Positions 38,558 to 49,366 of a DNA stretch of 64,000 bases are shown here, in pieces. A program made the position numbers and the translations under genes. The notes under the pieces were generated by a model that saw nothing but the letters and a program-made list of their open reading frames with translations, had not been told where the DNA came from and searched no databases. Source of the DNA: a bacterium (lineage in GTDB: Bacteria; Bacteroidota; Ignavibacteria; UBA10030); the NCBI GenBank assembly GCA_043803945.1, contig JAZDJN010000095.1, positions 1 to 64,000 on the forward strand, given 5' to 3'. How positions within the stretch are numbered: the first letter of the stretch is position 1; each line of letters begins with the position of its first letter.

Positions 38558-40309
38558 ATGCTGAGATTTTTACATCCTGAATACCTTTGGCTGCTGCTCG
38601 CTGTTCCGCTGTTTGCTGCAGGATTTTTCTTCCTCAACCGGTGGCGACGACAACTCTTGCATCGATTTATTGATGCCTATCTTGTCGCTCAGCTTGCGCC
38701 CGACTTTAGCCTGGCAAAACGTATCGTGAAGCAATCGATACTGTTATTCGCCCTGGCTTCCCTCATTCTTGCTCTGGCTAATCCCCAGGTAGGCACGCGC
38801 CTTGAAGAGGTAAAGCGCGAGGGCATCGATCTTTTTGTTGTTCTCGATGTCTCGTTAAGCATGAAGGCGGAGGATATTCGTCCGAATCGGCTGGAGAAGG
38901 CCAAGCGCGATGTTTCCAGCCTTCTTAAAAAGCTCGAAGGCGACCGGGTTGGCCTCATTGTTTTTGCAGGCGATGCGTTTGTGCAATTTCCTCTTACCGC
39001 CGATTATTCTGCTGCTGATCTCTTCATCGGTGCAGTCGATGTTGATGCTGTTCCTGTTCCGGGCACAACGATCGGACGCGCTATTGAAAAGGCGCTCGAA
39101 TCGTTCAGGAAAGATCTGCCAACACAAAAAGCAATCATCATTGTGAGTGACGGAGAGAATACTGAGGGCGATGTCGAAAGTGCCGTGGGCGAAGCAAAAA
39201 AAGCCGGCGTCCGCATTTATACTGTCGGCATGGGAACGCTTGAAGGAGCGCCGATTCCGTTGTATAATGCAGGGGTCCGTGTTGATTTCAAGAAAGATCA
39301 GGCAGGAAGTATCGTGCTTTCAAAGCTGGACGAGATAATTCTTCAGAAGCTTTCATTGCCCACCAATGGCAACTATAGAAGAGCTTCGAGCGGCGGCAAT
39401 GAGATTGACGAAATCTTCAATGAGCTCGCTTCACTGGAAAAGACAGAGATGGGTACAATGCAGGTAACGGGGTTTGAAGATCAGTATCAATACCCGCTGG
39501 CGTTAGCTGCAATCTTGCTGCTGCTTGAGTTCATACTCTCAGAGAAGAAAGGAAAACTCTTTGCACGGATCCGCCGGTGGATTCCTCTTGCCCGGGGATT
39601 ATCCGTTCTCTTCCTTTTGTCTCTCGCAGGCAGCCTGAGCGCTCAAACCGTCCGATCCCATATCAAGAGCGGGAACAATTCGTACGAAGATGCCAAGTAC
39701 CCGGATGCCGAGATTTCGTATAAGAAAGCTCTCGAAAAACAGACCGATTCGAAAGAGGCGACTTTCAACCTGGGGAATGCTTATTATAAGCAACAGAGGT
39801 TTGACGAATCGCTGCGATCATATAACCAAACGATTGCCTCCACCAAGGATGCCGGAGAACAATCGAAAGCCATGTACAACCTTGGCAATTCGCTGTTCAA
39901 ATCCAACAAGGTGCAGGAGAGTCTCGAAGCCTACAAGCACGCTCTTCGGCTCAATCCTTCAGACGAAGACGCTCTTTATAATTACCTCCTTGCAAGGGAA
40001 CGATTAAAACAGGAACAACAGCAGAAGAAAGATAACAAAGACAATAAGGATCAGAAAAATCAGCAACAACAGCAACAGAACCAAAAGCAAAACGACCAAC
40101 AGAAAAAACAGGATCAGCAGAAACAGCAGCAAAACAACCAACAGCAGCAAGCAAAACAAGATCAGGTGAATCAGCAACAAAAGAAAAATCAAATGCCGAA
40201 GGATCAGGCAGAGCGCATTCTTGAAGCAATGCGAAACAACGAAAAGGATGTTCAAAAGCAGATCCGGAAGCGTGAAGCTGTCAATGTCCGAATCGAGAAG
40301 GATTGGTAA
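38558..40309 (+). CDS. BatB (vWA)-BatC (TPR) fusion protein
   Basis: ALANPQ, DVSLSM, VSDGE; TM; TPRs (FNLGNAYY, YNLGNSLF); Q/K-rich linker; EKDW end. Confidence 0.88.
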   Translation: MLRFLHPEYLWLLLAVPLFAAGFFFLNRWRRQLLHRFIDAYLVAQLAPDFSLAKRIVKQSILLFALASLILALANPQVGTRLEEVKREGIDLFVVLDVSLSMKAEDIRPNRLEKAKRDVSSLLKKLEGDRVGLIVFAGDAFVQFPLTADYSAADLFIGAVDVDAVPVPGTTIGRAIEKALESFRKDLPTQKAIIIVSDGENTEGDVESAVGEAKKAGVRIYTVGMGTLEGAPIPLYNAGVRVDFKKDQAGSIVLSKLDEIILQKLSLPTNGNYRRASSGGNEIDEIFNELASLEKTEMGTMQVTGFEDQYQYPLALAAILLLLEFILSEKKGKLFARIRRWIPLARGLSVLFLLSLAGSLSAQTVRSHIKSGNNSYEDAKYPDAEISYKKALEKQTDSKEATFNLGNAYYKQQRFDESLRSYNQTIASTKDAGEQSKAMYNLGNSLFKSNKVQESLEAYKHALRLNPSDEDALYNYLLARERLKQEQQQKKDNKDNKDQKNQQQQQQNQKQNDQQKKQDQQKQQQNNQQQQAKQDQVNQQQKKNQMPKDQAERILEAMRNNEKDVQKQIRKREAVNVRIEKDW

Positions 40310-42120
40310 TGAAGAGTTTTATTTTTCCTTTCCTGCTGCTCATTCTTCTTTCCCGATCGGCATTCGCCCAGGATGCTTCATTCGAGGCTTCGGTTGCACA
40401 AACAACCGTTGCGACGGGCGAGCAGTTTGCGCTTTCCTTTACATGCTCCGGAACAGAAATGAACAGCATGAAAAACTTCCGGGCTCCCGATTTCAACCAG
40501 TTTGTTGTTCTCAGCGGTCCTAACCAATCGACAAATATGCAGATCGTCAACAATTCGGTTTCGGCGACAATTATCTATACCTATTATCTCTCTGCCCGCC
40601 AACCCGGAAAATTTAGCATCGGTTCTGCATCAATTGAATACAAAGGTAAAACGCTCAAAACAAAAGCTCTCCAGATCGAGGTCGTTCTGGGAAAACCGAA
40701 ACCCAAGGAGGCACAGGCTCAGCCCGCAAGTCAGGAGATCGGGGATAATCTGTTCATCCGGGCAACGACCGACAAACAGCGTGTGAGGCAGGGCGAACAG
40801 TTGGTGGTTACCTACAAACTCTATACCCGCCTCGGTGTTTCCGGTTATGACATTGCCCGGGCACCTGTGTATCAGGGGTTCTGGTCCGAAGAGGTAGAAC
40901 AACCGCGGCAGCCTGTGGTAACAACAGAGGTTATCGACGGCAAGCAGTTTCGTGTTGCCACAATGCGCAAGACCGCGCTCTTCCCAACACAAAGCGGCAA
41001 GTTAACTGTTTCTCCACTGGAAGTTCGCTGCATGGTGCAGGTACAGACCCGCCAACGTAGTAATGATCCATTCGAGTTGTTGCTGAACGATTTCTCTCGC
41101 GTGCAAACTGTCGAACACGAGATCAAATCGAACCCCCTTACCATTACTGTCGACCCGCTCCCCGGAACAGCACCGGTTTCATACACCGGAGCGGTGGGTA
41201 AATTTTCTTTCTCGGCAACCGTTGATAAAAAATCTGTGAAGACCGGCGATCCCGTTACACTTCGTCTTTCCGTAAGCGGCACCGGGGTGATCAAACTTCT
41301 CTCGCTGCCGAAACCGGCGCTTCCCTCTGACTTTGAAGCCTATGAACCAAAAATTTCTGAAGAGTCGAAGGTCGAGGGCGGCCTTGTCAGGGGCAAGAAG
41401 ACGGCAGAATATCTTGTTATTCCGCGCAACGCCGGCGAGCGGACAATTGAACCGATTCCTTTTTCCTACTTCGACCTTGAGAGCGGCGGATATCGGACAC
41501 TCACCTCTCAACGATTCGATCTCTCTGTCGCTCCTGGAAAAGAATTTGCCACCGGCACAAACATTGCGGCAAAAAGCGATGTCCGGTTACTCGGCGAGGA
41601 TATTCGCTTCCTTAAGCTCGATCTCGGCCAGACGCATCAGCTTGACGAATCGCCATTTAATTCGGGGTGGTTTTTAGCAGTCCTCATTTTGCCGCCCCTA
41701 TTTTTTATAGGGGCATTCCTCTATCGCCGCCGCACCGACAAATTGACCGGCAACATCTGGAGGTTGAGAGCAGAGAAAGCCGGCAAAGAGGCTGCGCGGC
41801 GGCTGAAGTCTGCCCGAAAAATTCTTGCCCAGGGCAACAGCGAGAGCTTTTACGCAGAAGTCTCTAAAGCGCTCACCGGTTACCTTGAAGACAAGCTTCG
41901 CATTCCGCGGGCATCGTTCTCTCTAGATGATGCTCTTGTGCATTTGAAGGAGGGCGGGGTGCACGAAGAAATCTGTTCCAAAGTCAAATCCTGTTTTGAG
42001 CAGGCCGAGTTTGTGCGGTTTGCCCCGGCATCGGATACGCAGGAAGGCCGAACAGAGCTTCTCAACACGGCGGCAGATGTTATCAACACTGTGGAAAAAT
42101 TGTATACAGAACAATCATGA
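40309..42120 (+). CDS. batD: BatD family protein
   Basis: Signal peptide, GPNQS, GEQLVVTYKLY, GAVGKF, C-terminal TM. Confidence 0.88.
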   Translation: MKSFIFPFLLLILLSRSAFAQDASFEASVAQTTVATGEQFALSFTCSGTEMNSMKNFRAPDFNQFVVLSGPNQSTNMQIVNNSVSATIIYTYYLSARQPGKFSIGSASIEYKGKTLKTKALQIEVVLGKPKPKEAQAQPASQEIGDNLFIRATTDKQRVRQGEQLVVTYKLYTRLGVSGYDIARAPVYQGFWSEEVEQPRQPVVTTEVIDGKQFRVATMRKTALFPTQSGKLTVSPLEVRCMVQVQTRQRSNDPFELLLNDFSRVQTVEHEIKSNPLTITVDPLPGTAPVSYTGAVGKFSFSATVDKKSVKTGDPVTLRLSVSGTGVIKLLSLPKPALPSDFEAYEPKISEESKVEGGLVRGKKTAEYLVIPRNAGERTIEPIPFSYFDLESGGYRTLTSQRFDLSVAPGKEFATGTNIAAKSDVRLLGEDIRFLKLDLGQTHQLDESPFNSGWFLAVLILPPLFFIGAFLYRRRTDKLTGNIWRLRAEKAGKEAARRLKSARKILAQGNSESFYAEVSKALTGYLEDKLRIPRASFSLDDALVHLKEGGVHEEICSKVKSCFEQAEFVRFAPASDTQEGRTELLNTAADVINTVEKLYTEQS

Positions 42121-42884
42121 ACCGTCTGCCTCTTCTCTTTATTCTTGTTATTCTGCTTGCCGGCTCTATCGCCCCGGTTTATTCACAAACAGCACCGGAT
42201 GAATTTGAACGGGCTAACGCGTTGTACCGAGAGGGTAAATTCGAAGAAGCTGTTATGCATTTCGAAGCTATTATCCGGCAGGGCGTTGTCAGCGCACCAT
42301 TATATTTCAATCTTGGTAATTCCTATTACCGCCTCGGCCGTATAGCTCCAGCAATCCTCAACTATGAACGCGCACGACGTCTCGAGCCAGGCGATCCTGA
42401 CCTTCAGCATAATCTTTCACTTGCCAACTATAAAATCATCGATCGTATTGAGCCTCTTCCGGAATTATTCTTCATTCAATGGGCGAGGTCGGTTGCTTCG
42501 CTTGTCTCGCTCCATGGAATAACCCGCATCCTGATCGTTCTCTGGGTACTCTTCTTTGGCACGCTGACCCTCGTCTATCTTTTTCCGGGCAGCACTATGG
42601 TACGAATCGCCCGATGGCTTTTAGCTGGATCGGGAACATTGCTGCTGCTTGTCGGACTCCTGCTCGCCATCCAATTGTTTGCCAATCAATCCGGTAATGA
42701 TGCTATTATCATAGCTTCGACGGTGACCGCAAAAACTTCCCCCGATGAACAAAGTGTCGATGCCTTTGTCGTGCATGAAGGATTAAGGGTAACGATGAGC
42801 GATTCCCTCTCCGGCTGGGTAAAAATTATTCTCGCCGATGGGAAGGTTGGCTGGATTCGCTCGACACAATGCGAACGAATATAA
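42117..42884 (+). CDS. batE: BatE TPR + SH3 protein
   Basis: YFNLGNSYYR, AILNYERA, two TMs, VHEG..W..GKVGWI. Confidence 0.88.
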   Translation: MNRLPLLFILVILLAGSIAPVYSQTAPDEFERANALYREGKFEEAVMHFEAIIRQGVVSAPLYFNLGNSYYRLGRIAPAILNYERARRLEPGDPDLQHNLSLANYKIIDRIEPLPELFFIQWARSVASLVSLHGITRILIVLWVLFFGTLTLVYLFPGSTMVRIARWLLAGSGTLLLLVGLLLAIQLFANQSGNDAIIIASTVTAKTSPDEQSVDAFVVHEGLRVTMSDSLSGWVKIILADGKVGWIRSTQCERI

Positions 42885-42947
42885 CGCCAGGATTTCCACC
42901 TCCTTCGATTACTGCATTCTCCTCTATTGCGCTTTATCATGCCACAC

Positions 42948-42976
42948 TTGACTTCTTTTCGCGCCGGAAGTACCTT
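42948..42976 (+). promoter_or_regulatory. Possible sigma70 promoter
   Basis: TTGACT-17 bp-TACCTT upstream of 43026. Confidence 0.45.
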
Positions 42977-43025
42977 GTATTGCAATGCGTAAATACCCCT
43001 CTTACTTCCTGGAAGAGAAAGCATT

Positions 43026-44861
43026 ATGAACTCACATACTAAAAGGTATTTTATCGCTGTAATGATTGCTTTCACCATGCCGCTGTATGCACAGTACTAT
43101 GGAGAACAGGTGCTGGAGAAATCATTTGAGGTGACCGATTTTTTCTTCCGGCCGTTTAATTTGAATCCCTACGGGCTTGGAGCATTTAAGACTTCTGCCC
43201 CGGGGTTGATCGATGACCCGCTGTTGAATCTCACTCTCAATCCTGCAGCGCTTTCTTCCGACGCCATTCAAGACTATTATCTCTACATCGATTTCAGGAG
43301 CGCAAAAGAAGTTCAAAGCGGAGCTTCTTCCAGATATTACCCTCTTGAGGGTTCAACAAAGATGGTCTCCGACGCAATGTATTTTCCCAGGTACTACTAC
43401 AACGTCCGAAAAGAGATCGAGCCTGTCTTCTCGGGAGCTTTCCTTTCCCGCCCGTTCCCTTCTGCCATGCCCCGGCTTACACTCGGCCTCGCCTATCAAG
43501 CAATGATGCAGGATGAGCGGTATTATGCGATACCACAAGATGTGTATCGTTCATCAGAAGGGAAAGACTATCTCGGACGAGCAACGAGCAACGAGACCGT
43601 CCCAATTATTGACCGGTACAGCGGAACAGACAAGATGAACCAGCGAGGCCATTTATTTGCGCTTTATGCCGCATATCAATGGAGCAACAACCTGCACCTT
43701 GGGGTGAAACTTGGAAGGGGTTTGTTTGATCGCGATGGATCTGTTGGATCGAGCAATCTCTGGGGATACGGCCAGGCACAGAATTATAACTCTCTCTGGT
43801 CGAACTCAGAACATCGCGAACAGAATTACCGGCACTGGGAAACTGCCGCGGGTGCTACCTATCAGATAAACGATTTGTCGTCTCTTGGTGCGAGCCTTGG
43901 AACAATCTGGGGCGATGCTGTTCAAGAACTGCAGCGGTCCGATACCTCATTCTATGGAAGCGGGACGATCGGCGTTGGCACGAACTGGAGCTACAATACG
44001 CATTCCGGCCGCACGCTGCAATCCTGGAATCATGATAATTCGTCGCTCTATGGCTCACTGTACTATAACCGACGTTTCAGCGAAAAGCTTGTGATGTCCA
44101 TTCAATACCAATTCCTCAGCCAGGATGACGATCTTTCTCTGTTCTCTTCCTTGCGCGATAGTTCGTATTCTAACTACTATTACACATCGACAAATTATGA
44201 GAGCAAATCGAAATCCGATTACACCGTTCTCGACCGCCGTACGGGAAGCGGTACAAAAACCCTCAGAGAACATAACCTCCTTCTGGCTTCACGCTGGAAG
44301 ATCGGGGAAGAGACCACTGTCGACGTCGGGCTGGGGATTTCCTTTCATAATACAACAACGACAACCTCAGAGCCGGTGTTTGCCGACCGGCACTCTCGCT
44401 ATGAGTCGTACTATAAAAGCGGCAACATCAGCGGCGAAGGCAAATACTACGACGCCGCGACCGAAGAGAAATCCCTGCTGTGGGAATTCTCTTCGAACAT
44501 CACGACGTATCACATTCCTGTGATGGTGAAGCATCGGGTGAGTGAATCCATTACAATTTTCTTCGGCGTGGACCGTAAACTATCGAGCTGGGAAATTAAC
44601 GACATGACGCTGGCTGTGTTCGCATACCGCTATCTCAATTCCAACGGCACAGAGAATCGGACCACGAATTTCGGGGAGCGTTATACTCAACCGAAGGAAG
44701 TTGTGACTGATGTGCGCACAACGGTGCTTGGAGGCGTTGAGGTTTCTCTCGCATCAATGTTGAACCTCCGGCTTCTCGCTGTTCCAAACTTTACGGACAG
44801 CTACGAGGGATCGAAGTTCAGCCAGTTGCAATGGTGGATTAGTGTGACGTTGCATCCGTAA
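43026..44861 (+). CDS. Putative outer-membrane beta-barrel protein
   Basis: Signal peptide; NPAAL plug-like motif; amphipathic strands; aromatic C-terminal strand. Confidence 0.65.
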   Translation: MNSHTKRYFIAVMIAFTMPLYAQYYGEQVLEKSFEVTDFFFRPFNLNPYGLGAFKTSAPGLIDDPLLNLTLNPAALSSDAIQDYYLYIDFRSAKEVQSGASSRYYPLEGSTKMVSDAMYFPRYYYNVRKEIEPVFSGAFLSRPFPSAMPRLTLGLAYQAMMQDERYYAIPQDVYRSSEGKDYLGRATSNETVPIIDRYSGTDKMNQRGHLFALYAAYQWSNNLHLGVKLGRGLFDRDGSVGSSNLWGYGQAQNYNSLWSNSEHREQNYRHWETAAGATYQINDLSSLGASLGTIWGDAVQELQRSDTSFYGSGTIGVGTNWSYNTHSGRTLQSWNHDNSSLYGSLYYNRRFSEKLVMSIQYQFLSQDDDLSLFSSLRDSSYSNYYYTSTNYESKSKSDYTVLDRRTGSGTKTLREHNLLLASRWKIGEETTVDVGLGISFHNTTTTTSEPVFADRHSRYESYYKSGNISGEGKYYDAATEEKSLLWEFSSNITTYHIPVMVKHRVSESITIFFGVDRKLSSWEINDMTLAVFAYRYLNSNGTENRTTNFGERYTQPKEVVTDVRTTVLGGVEVSLASMLNLRLLAVPNFTDSYEGSKFSQLQWWISVTLHP

Positions 44862-47702
44862 TCATTGTGTTGCTTTCACCACAACAACCGTTTGATCGTC
44901 GTTTTGATCATTCCCCTGCATGAACACCCTCACTTCGCTGATAATATAATCACGGATCTCTTCGGCCGGACGAGCTGCCGCGGCATGGAGTGTACTCACG
45001 AGCTGCTCTTCACCGAATTGCGCTCCATCGCTTCGCTCTGCATCGGTAACACCATCGCTCACCAGAAGAAACACATCGTTTGGTCGATACGGCACGATCC
45101 TCTCTTCCAGTTCTTCCGCAAACAACCGGTCCGATTCAAGGCCGAGGCCAAGGCCTTTTGGAATAATTTTTTCAATCCGCTGGGTCGCAGCAGAATAATG
45201 GTACACAGGCAAATGGCCGGCCCGGGTGAGGATAACTTCTTTTTTATCAAGATGGAAAAAGCCGCCAACGGCCGTTATGAACGAGTTCTTTTCAAGATCG
45301 TTGCAGAGAAGTTTGTTTGTGCGGATAAATAATTCCTTGGGAGACAAATTGAAGGCATAGAGGGAACGGAAAATTCCCTGCACCTTTGAGAGGTACAACG
45401 CTGCCGATGTCCCTTTTCCGCTGACATCGCCAACGATTACGGTGAAGCGGTCGGGAATGCCGTTCAGGTAATCGAAATAATCGCCGCCGACCTCCATTGC
45501 CGGCGCTGAAATTCCGGAAATATCCAGCCCCTGGATTTTCGGAGTGTTCTGCGGCAGCGATGCCATTTGAATTCTTCGGGCCAGGGCAAGTTCATGTTTC
45601 ATGCGTTCCTGTTCGGCAAGCTCTTCGTACAGAAATGCATTTTCGATAGCAACCGAAGCCTGCTTGGCTACAGCGCTGAGGAATTCCAGGTCTTCATGGG
45701 TGTACGTTGCCTCCGACCGCTTCTCGCCGACAACAACTGCTCCAATGAGATGGTTCTTCGATTGGATCGGCAGGATGTAGTGGAATCCAAACCGCTTCAT
45801 CTCCTCTTTCCACTCTGCCGGCAGATACTCGGTACTTACACCGCCATGAAACGGCTGAAGCTGTTTCGCAAGATCCGCTCCTTTGGCGACACAGTATTCT
45901 TTCCATGCGTTTGCCGAAAATCCATGAACTTCCTGGCAACAACAGACTTTCTCATCGCGGAAAAACAGAACTCCCACACTCTTCAACTGCAGAAGCTGAG
46001 CAATCTTTTCGCCCATGCCGCGCGCAAGATCGACCATGCTAAGTTTTGTCGCCATTACTTCCGCCAACTCGTTCGCCGCACGACGATAATCGTACCTCAC
46101 ATGATAGAACATTGTATCAATGCTTCGCTGACCCAGCTTCCACACTCTCCACGCCGACACCATCACCAGGACAGCGGCAAGCATGAGAACCCCTTTTTCA
46201 AACCAGATCTTCCGTTCGGGGGTTATGGGAGCATCCAGAAGCTCAATCGAGGTAAGGGAAATCTGGATGTTCGGGATCTGGAATTGGCGGTCCTGGAGCC
46301 AAGCAAGCAAAACGATGCTCGCGACCAGCAAGACAATACTCCAGCAGAACGAAACAATGACATATTGAATGTTGCGGCGAACCCGAAGCTCCATGTCCAA
46401 CAACCGATAGCGGCCAATTGTGTACATAAAAGAGAGCGGAATGAATATCAGGAGCACTCCAAGGTAGCCGAGAAACCGTTGGCCGTTTACGAGGATCATT
46501 AAGATCACTATGAGGATGGCTGCAGCGCTTACAAGTATCGATGTATTCTTTGGGATTGCGTTGAGTCTTCGATATTCCTCCGATGCCTGTTTCCTAAAAT
46601 TCACCCAGATGAAGATTTGATAGCCGGACAGAATGACGATACACAGCAAGATTAGAAGAATTATCAAGCCTTGTACCACCAGCGGCCGCGTGGCTATTGC
46701 TGCAGATACTGTAATCAGGAACAGTACAGCCGAAAGCAGATATGCGTTGCGGAGCACCCAGCGTTTTCCAATCAACTCCGGACGTTCCTTGGGAAAGTAA
46801 TGCCCAGCATGAATGTTGAGAGGGAAGAACAGGTAAAGTGCTGCAACGGTTAGAATCGTGAGCAGGTTTTCGAAGAGGTCGGGGAGAACGCCCCTTCTCA
46901 CGAAAAAGAGCATCATGAAAAATCCGGTTGTGAGAAATGTATTGCTCAGTATTCTTGCCCCGATCAAATTTGGCCGGGCGACTCCCAGAAAGACCCCGGT
47001 ACCAAAGAAGATCAGGCCTGAAAGAATAAAAAGTATAACGCCCGTTGGCATCCCGAGTGCGGCGAGAACAAGATTGAGAGATTGTGTTTCTCCTCCGCGC
47101 ACAATTTCATACGTGCTTGTTCTGCCGCTCTGTGTTTCACGCATCACAAGATCTGCTTCGGCCGAACCGTTAAACGACTTTCCGTTAATTCGGATAATAA
47201 CATCTCCCACTTTCAGTCCGGCGCGATCGGAGGCACCGCCGGGAGTTACGGCTGTTACTCCAACGCCGCGACCGAAGTTCTGTACAAACGGTTTCGGGAT
47301 CGTCTGCCGCGGCACCAGATAGTCCTTCAACTGTTGTCCATCGATGGAAAAGACCCGGAGTTCAACGTCCGCCCCGTTTGCATTGCTAAGCATAACGTGT
47401 GCGGAGTCGACAGAGTACACCCGTTTTCCATCTATTCTCATCAGATAATCGCCGACGTGTATTTTGCCTGGTGTCGTTTCTCCTTTTTTCTGTTTGAGCA
47501 CTCCCTCTGTCTCGGCAACAATATAGAGCTCCGTTACATCGGCTCCTGCGGCGTTTCGTATGCCAATATCGATAAACACGTTCTCGTCTGTAGACGTGCT
47601 GGCATAACGATAAATCCCTGTAAACGAGAGAACGAGAGAAGCTGCCGTTAGCAGGATAAAGAGTGCCCGAAAGCGATTAGGATGTTTGTCAAAATATCTC
47701 AT
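44862..47702 (-). CDS. Membrane PP2C/SpoIIE phosphatase with PDZ and GAF domains
   Basis: PDZ (PGGASDRAGLKVGDVIIRING); about 9 TMs; GAF (AVAKQASVAIENA); VGGDYFD, GDVSGKG, SDGVTD, DDQT. Confidence 0.9.
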   Translation of the reverse strand: MRYFDKHPNRFRALFILLTAASLVLSFTGIYRYASTSTDENVFIDIGIRNAAGADVTELYIVAETEGVLKQKKGETTPGKIHVGDYLMRIDGKRVYSVDSAHVMLSNANGADVELRVFSIDGQQLKDYLVPRQTIPKPFVQNFGRGVGVTAVTPGGASDRAGLKVGDVIIRINGKSFNGSAEADLVMRETQSGRTSTYEIVRGGETQSLNLVLAALGMPTGVILFILSGLIFFGTGVFLGVARPNLIGARILSNTFLTTGFFMMLFFVRRGVLPDLFENLLTILTVAALYLFFPLNIHAGHYFPKERPELIGKRWVLRNAYLLSAVLFLITVSAAIATRPLVVQGLIILLILLCIVILSGYQIFIWVNFRKQASEEYRRLNAIPKNTSILVSAAAILIVILMILVNGQRFLGYLGVLLIFIPLSFMYTIGRYRLLDMELRVRRNIQYVIVSFCWSIVLLVASIVLLAWLQDRQFQIPNIQISLTSIELLDAPITPERKIWFEKGVLMLAAVLVMVSAWRVWKLGQRSIDTMFYHVRYDYRRAANELAEVMATKLSMVDLARGMGEKIAQLLQLKSVGVLFFRDEKVCCCQEVHGFSANAWKEYCVAKGADLAKQLQPFHGGVSTEYLPAEWKEEMKRFGFHYILPIQSKNHLIGAVVVGEKRSEATYTHEDLEFLSAVAKQASVAIENAFLYEELAEQERMKHELALARRIQMASLPQNTPKIQGLDISGISAPAMEVGGDYFDYLNGIPDRFTVIVGDVSGKGTSAALYLSKVQGIFRSLYAFNLSPKELFIRTNKLLCNDLEKNSFITAVGGFFHLDKKEVILTRAGHLPVYHYSAATQRIEKIIPKGLGLGLESDRLFAEELEERIVPYRPNDVFLLVSDGVTDAERSDGAQFGEEQLVSTLHAAAARPAEEIRDYIISEVRVFMQGNDQNDDQTVVVVKATQ

Positions 47703-48003
47703 AGGATCAAAATGCTCCGCTTGTTATTCCCTACGAAAAATCGAAGAGGATGTTGCCGATGTGAGAGCCGGGAAACCAATTAATTCCTTTCCTCGTTAGA
47801 ATAAATCGCTTATTAATGATATCTTCATTTTTCAATTAAGATACTTATTCTTTAACAAAAATATCCCGTTACTGGCGTACCTTGAATTTGCTTTTACACT
47901 ATTTACCGATAAGCCTTCACGTTTCGCCGAATATTTCGTAACTTCGTAATGGAAAGGAAGTATCTTAGCTCAACGGTTCGGCCATAGTTCAACACGGAAT
48001 ATC

Positions 48004-49194
48004 ATGGAATCTAAAAATACCGATTTATCAGCGTTAAGAATCAACCGGGCAAACGACACATTCGGAGCTCCTCCCAAACGGAAGGTCTGGGTTGTTCTCG
48101 TATTTATTGTTTGTGTCGCCCTTTTGGCCTACGGTGCTTTTTCTCTTTATAACCGCGTTATGACGCCAGCACTCGAGGTTCGGCTCTCTTCTGCCGCTTG
48201 GAGCTCCCCCTCCCAATCAAATGCTGTTCTGACCGCAAGCGGGTATGTCGTTGCACAGAGAAAGGCTTCGGTTGCTTCAAAGGCAACTGGACGTCTTGAA
48301 TTTCTTGGAGTGGTTGAGGGAGACCGCGTGATGCAGGGCGAGATTATTGCCCGCATTGAAGATGCTGATCTCAAGGCATCGCTCAATCAGGCCCGCGCCA
48401 ACCTCCGGGTATACGAAGCTGAACTGAAGGACGCCCGGCAATCCCTCGGACGCCAGAAGGCTCTTTTAGAGAAAGCTCTTACCACTCAGGCCGAATATGA
48501 CGCGGCAGAAGCACGCTACGACCGGACGCTGGCTTCCATCGAAGCGGCAAAAGCCGCCGTTACGGGTGCTGAAGTTGCGCTGGAAAATACGCTGATCCGC
48601 GCTCCCTTTGATGGTACTGTGCTAACCAAAAATGCCGACATCGGCGAAATGGTTGTTCCCATGGCGGCAAGCGTCGGATCGCGAGCGGCGGTGGTGACAC
48701 TTGCCGATATGAGCTCTCTTCAGGTTGAAGCAGATGTTTCTGAATCCAACATTGAGCGCGTGATTATTAATCAGCCATGCGAAATTACACTCGACGCCTA
48801 TCCCGATTTTCGGTATCAAGGGTATGTGAAAAAAATTGTGCCCACCGCAGATCGCGCAAAAGCAACCGTCATGGTGAAGGTAGCGTTTAAATCGTACGAC
48901 AGCAGGGTGCTGCCCGAAATGAGCGCAAAAGTATTATTCCTCGGGCAGGGATCATCTGCCGCTCAGCAACAGGCTAAATCACTGCTCACCATCCCTGCAA
49001 GTGCAGTAGCGAAGAGAAATGGTAATGCTGTTGTGTATATCGTCCGCGAAAATAAAGCCGTCGAAGTTCCTGTTGTTCTCGGTAAAGAACTCGGGTTGCT
49101 TATAGAGGTCAAAGGGGGGGTGACAGCAGGAGACAAGGTAATCTCGACCATTACAGCGCAACTCGTGAACGGTGTCGCGGTAAAGGTACAATAA
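48004..49194 (+). CDS. Efflux periplasmic adaptor (MacA-like)
   Basis: ASGYVVA, IRAPFDG, VEADVSE, PEMSAKV. Confidence 0.92.
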   Translation: MESKNTDLSALRINRANDTFGAPPKRKVWVVLVFIVCVALLAYGAFSLYNRVMTPALEVRLSSAAWSSPSQSNAVLTASGYVVAQRKASVASKATGRLEFLGVVEGDRVMQGEIIARIEDADLKASLNQARANLRVYEAELKDARQSLGRQKALLEKALTTQAEYDAAEARYDRTLASIEAAKAAVTGAEVALENTLIRAPFDGTVLTKNADIGEMVVPMAASVGSRAAVVTLADMSSLQVEADVSESNIERVIINQPCEITLDAYPDFRYQGYVKKIVPTADRAKATVMVKVAFKSYDSRVLPEMSAKVLFLGQGSSAAQQQAKSLLTIPASAVAKRNGNAVVYIVRENKAVEVPVVLGKELGLLIEVKGGVTAGDKVISTITAQLVNGVAVKVQ

Positions 49195-49366
49195 TCGTAA
49201 CTCCTGCTCATCTAAATAGATAACAAACCATTTTTAACCACCCCTGCCCTCCTTCGTCGGGCAAAGCGGCAGGCAGGCGTGGAGAACTTACTGAGCGGTT
49301 ACCAATAATCGTAGCATGCAGTACTATATTTGGGGGATCATTACTTTACTAACAGATGGAGATTCC

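Noticed and set aside
40005-40195. CAA/CAG-rich tract as a special repeat
   Set aside because: Ordinary Q/K-rich linker of BatC-type proteins.
45567-46502. 311-aa plus-strand ORF
   Set aside because: Antisense shadow of the SpoIIE phosphatase.
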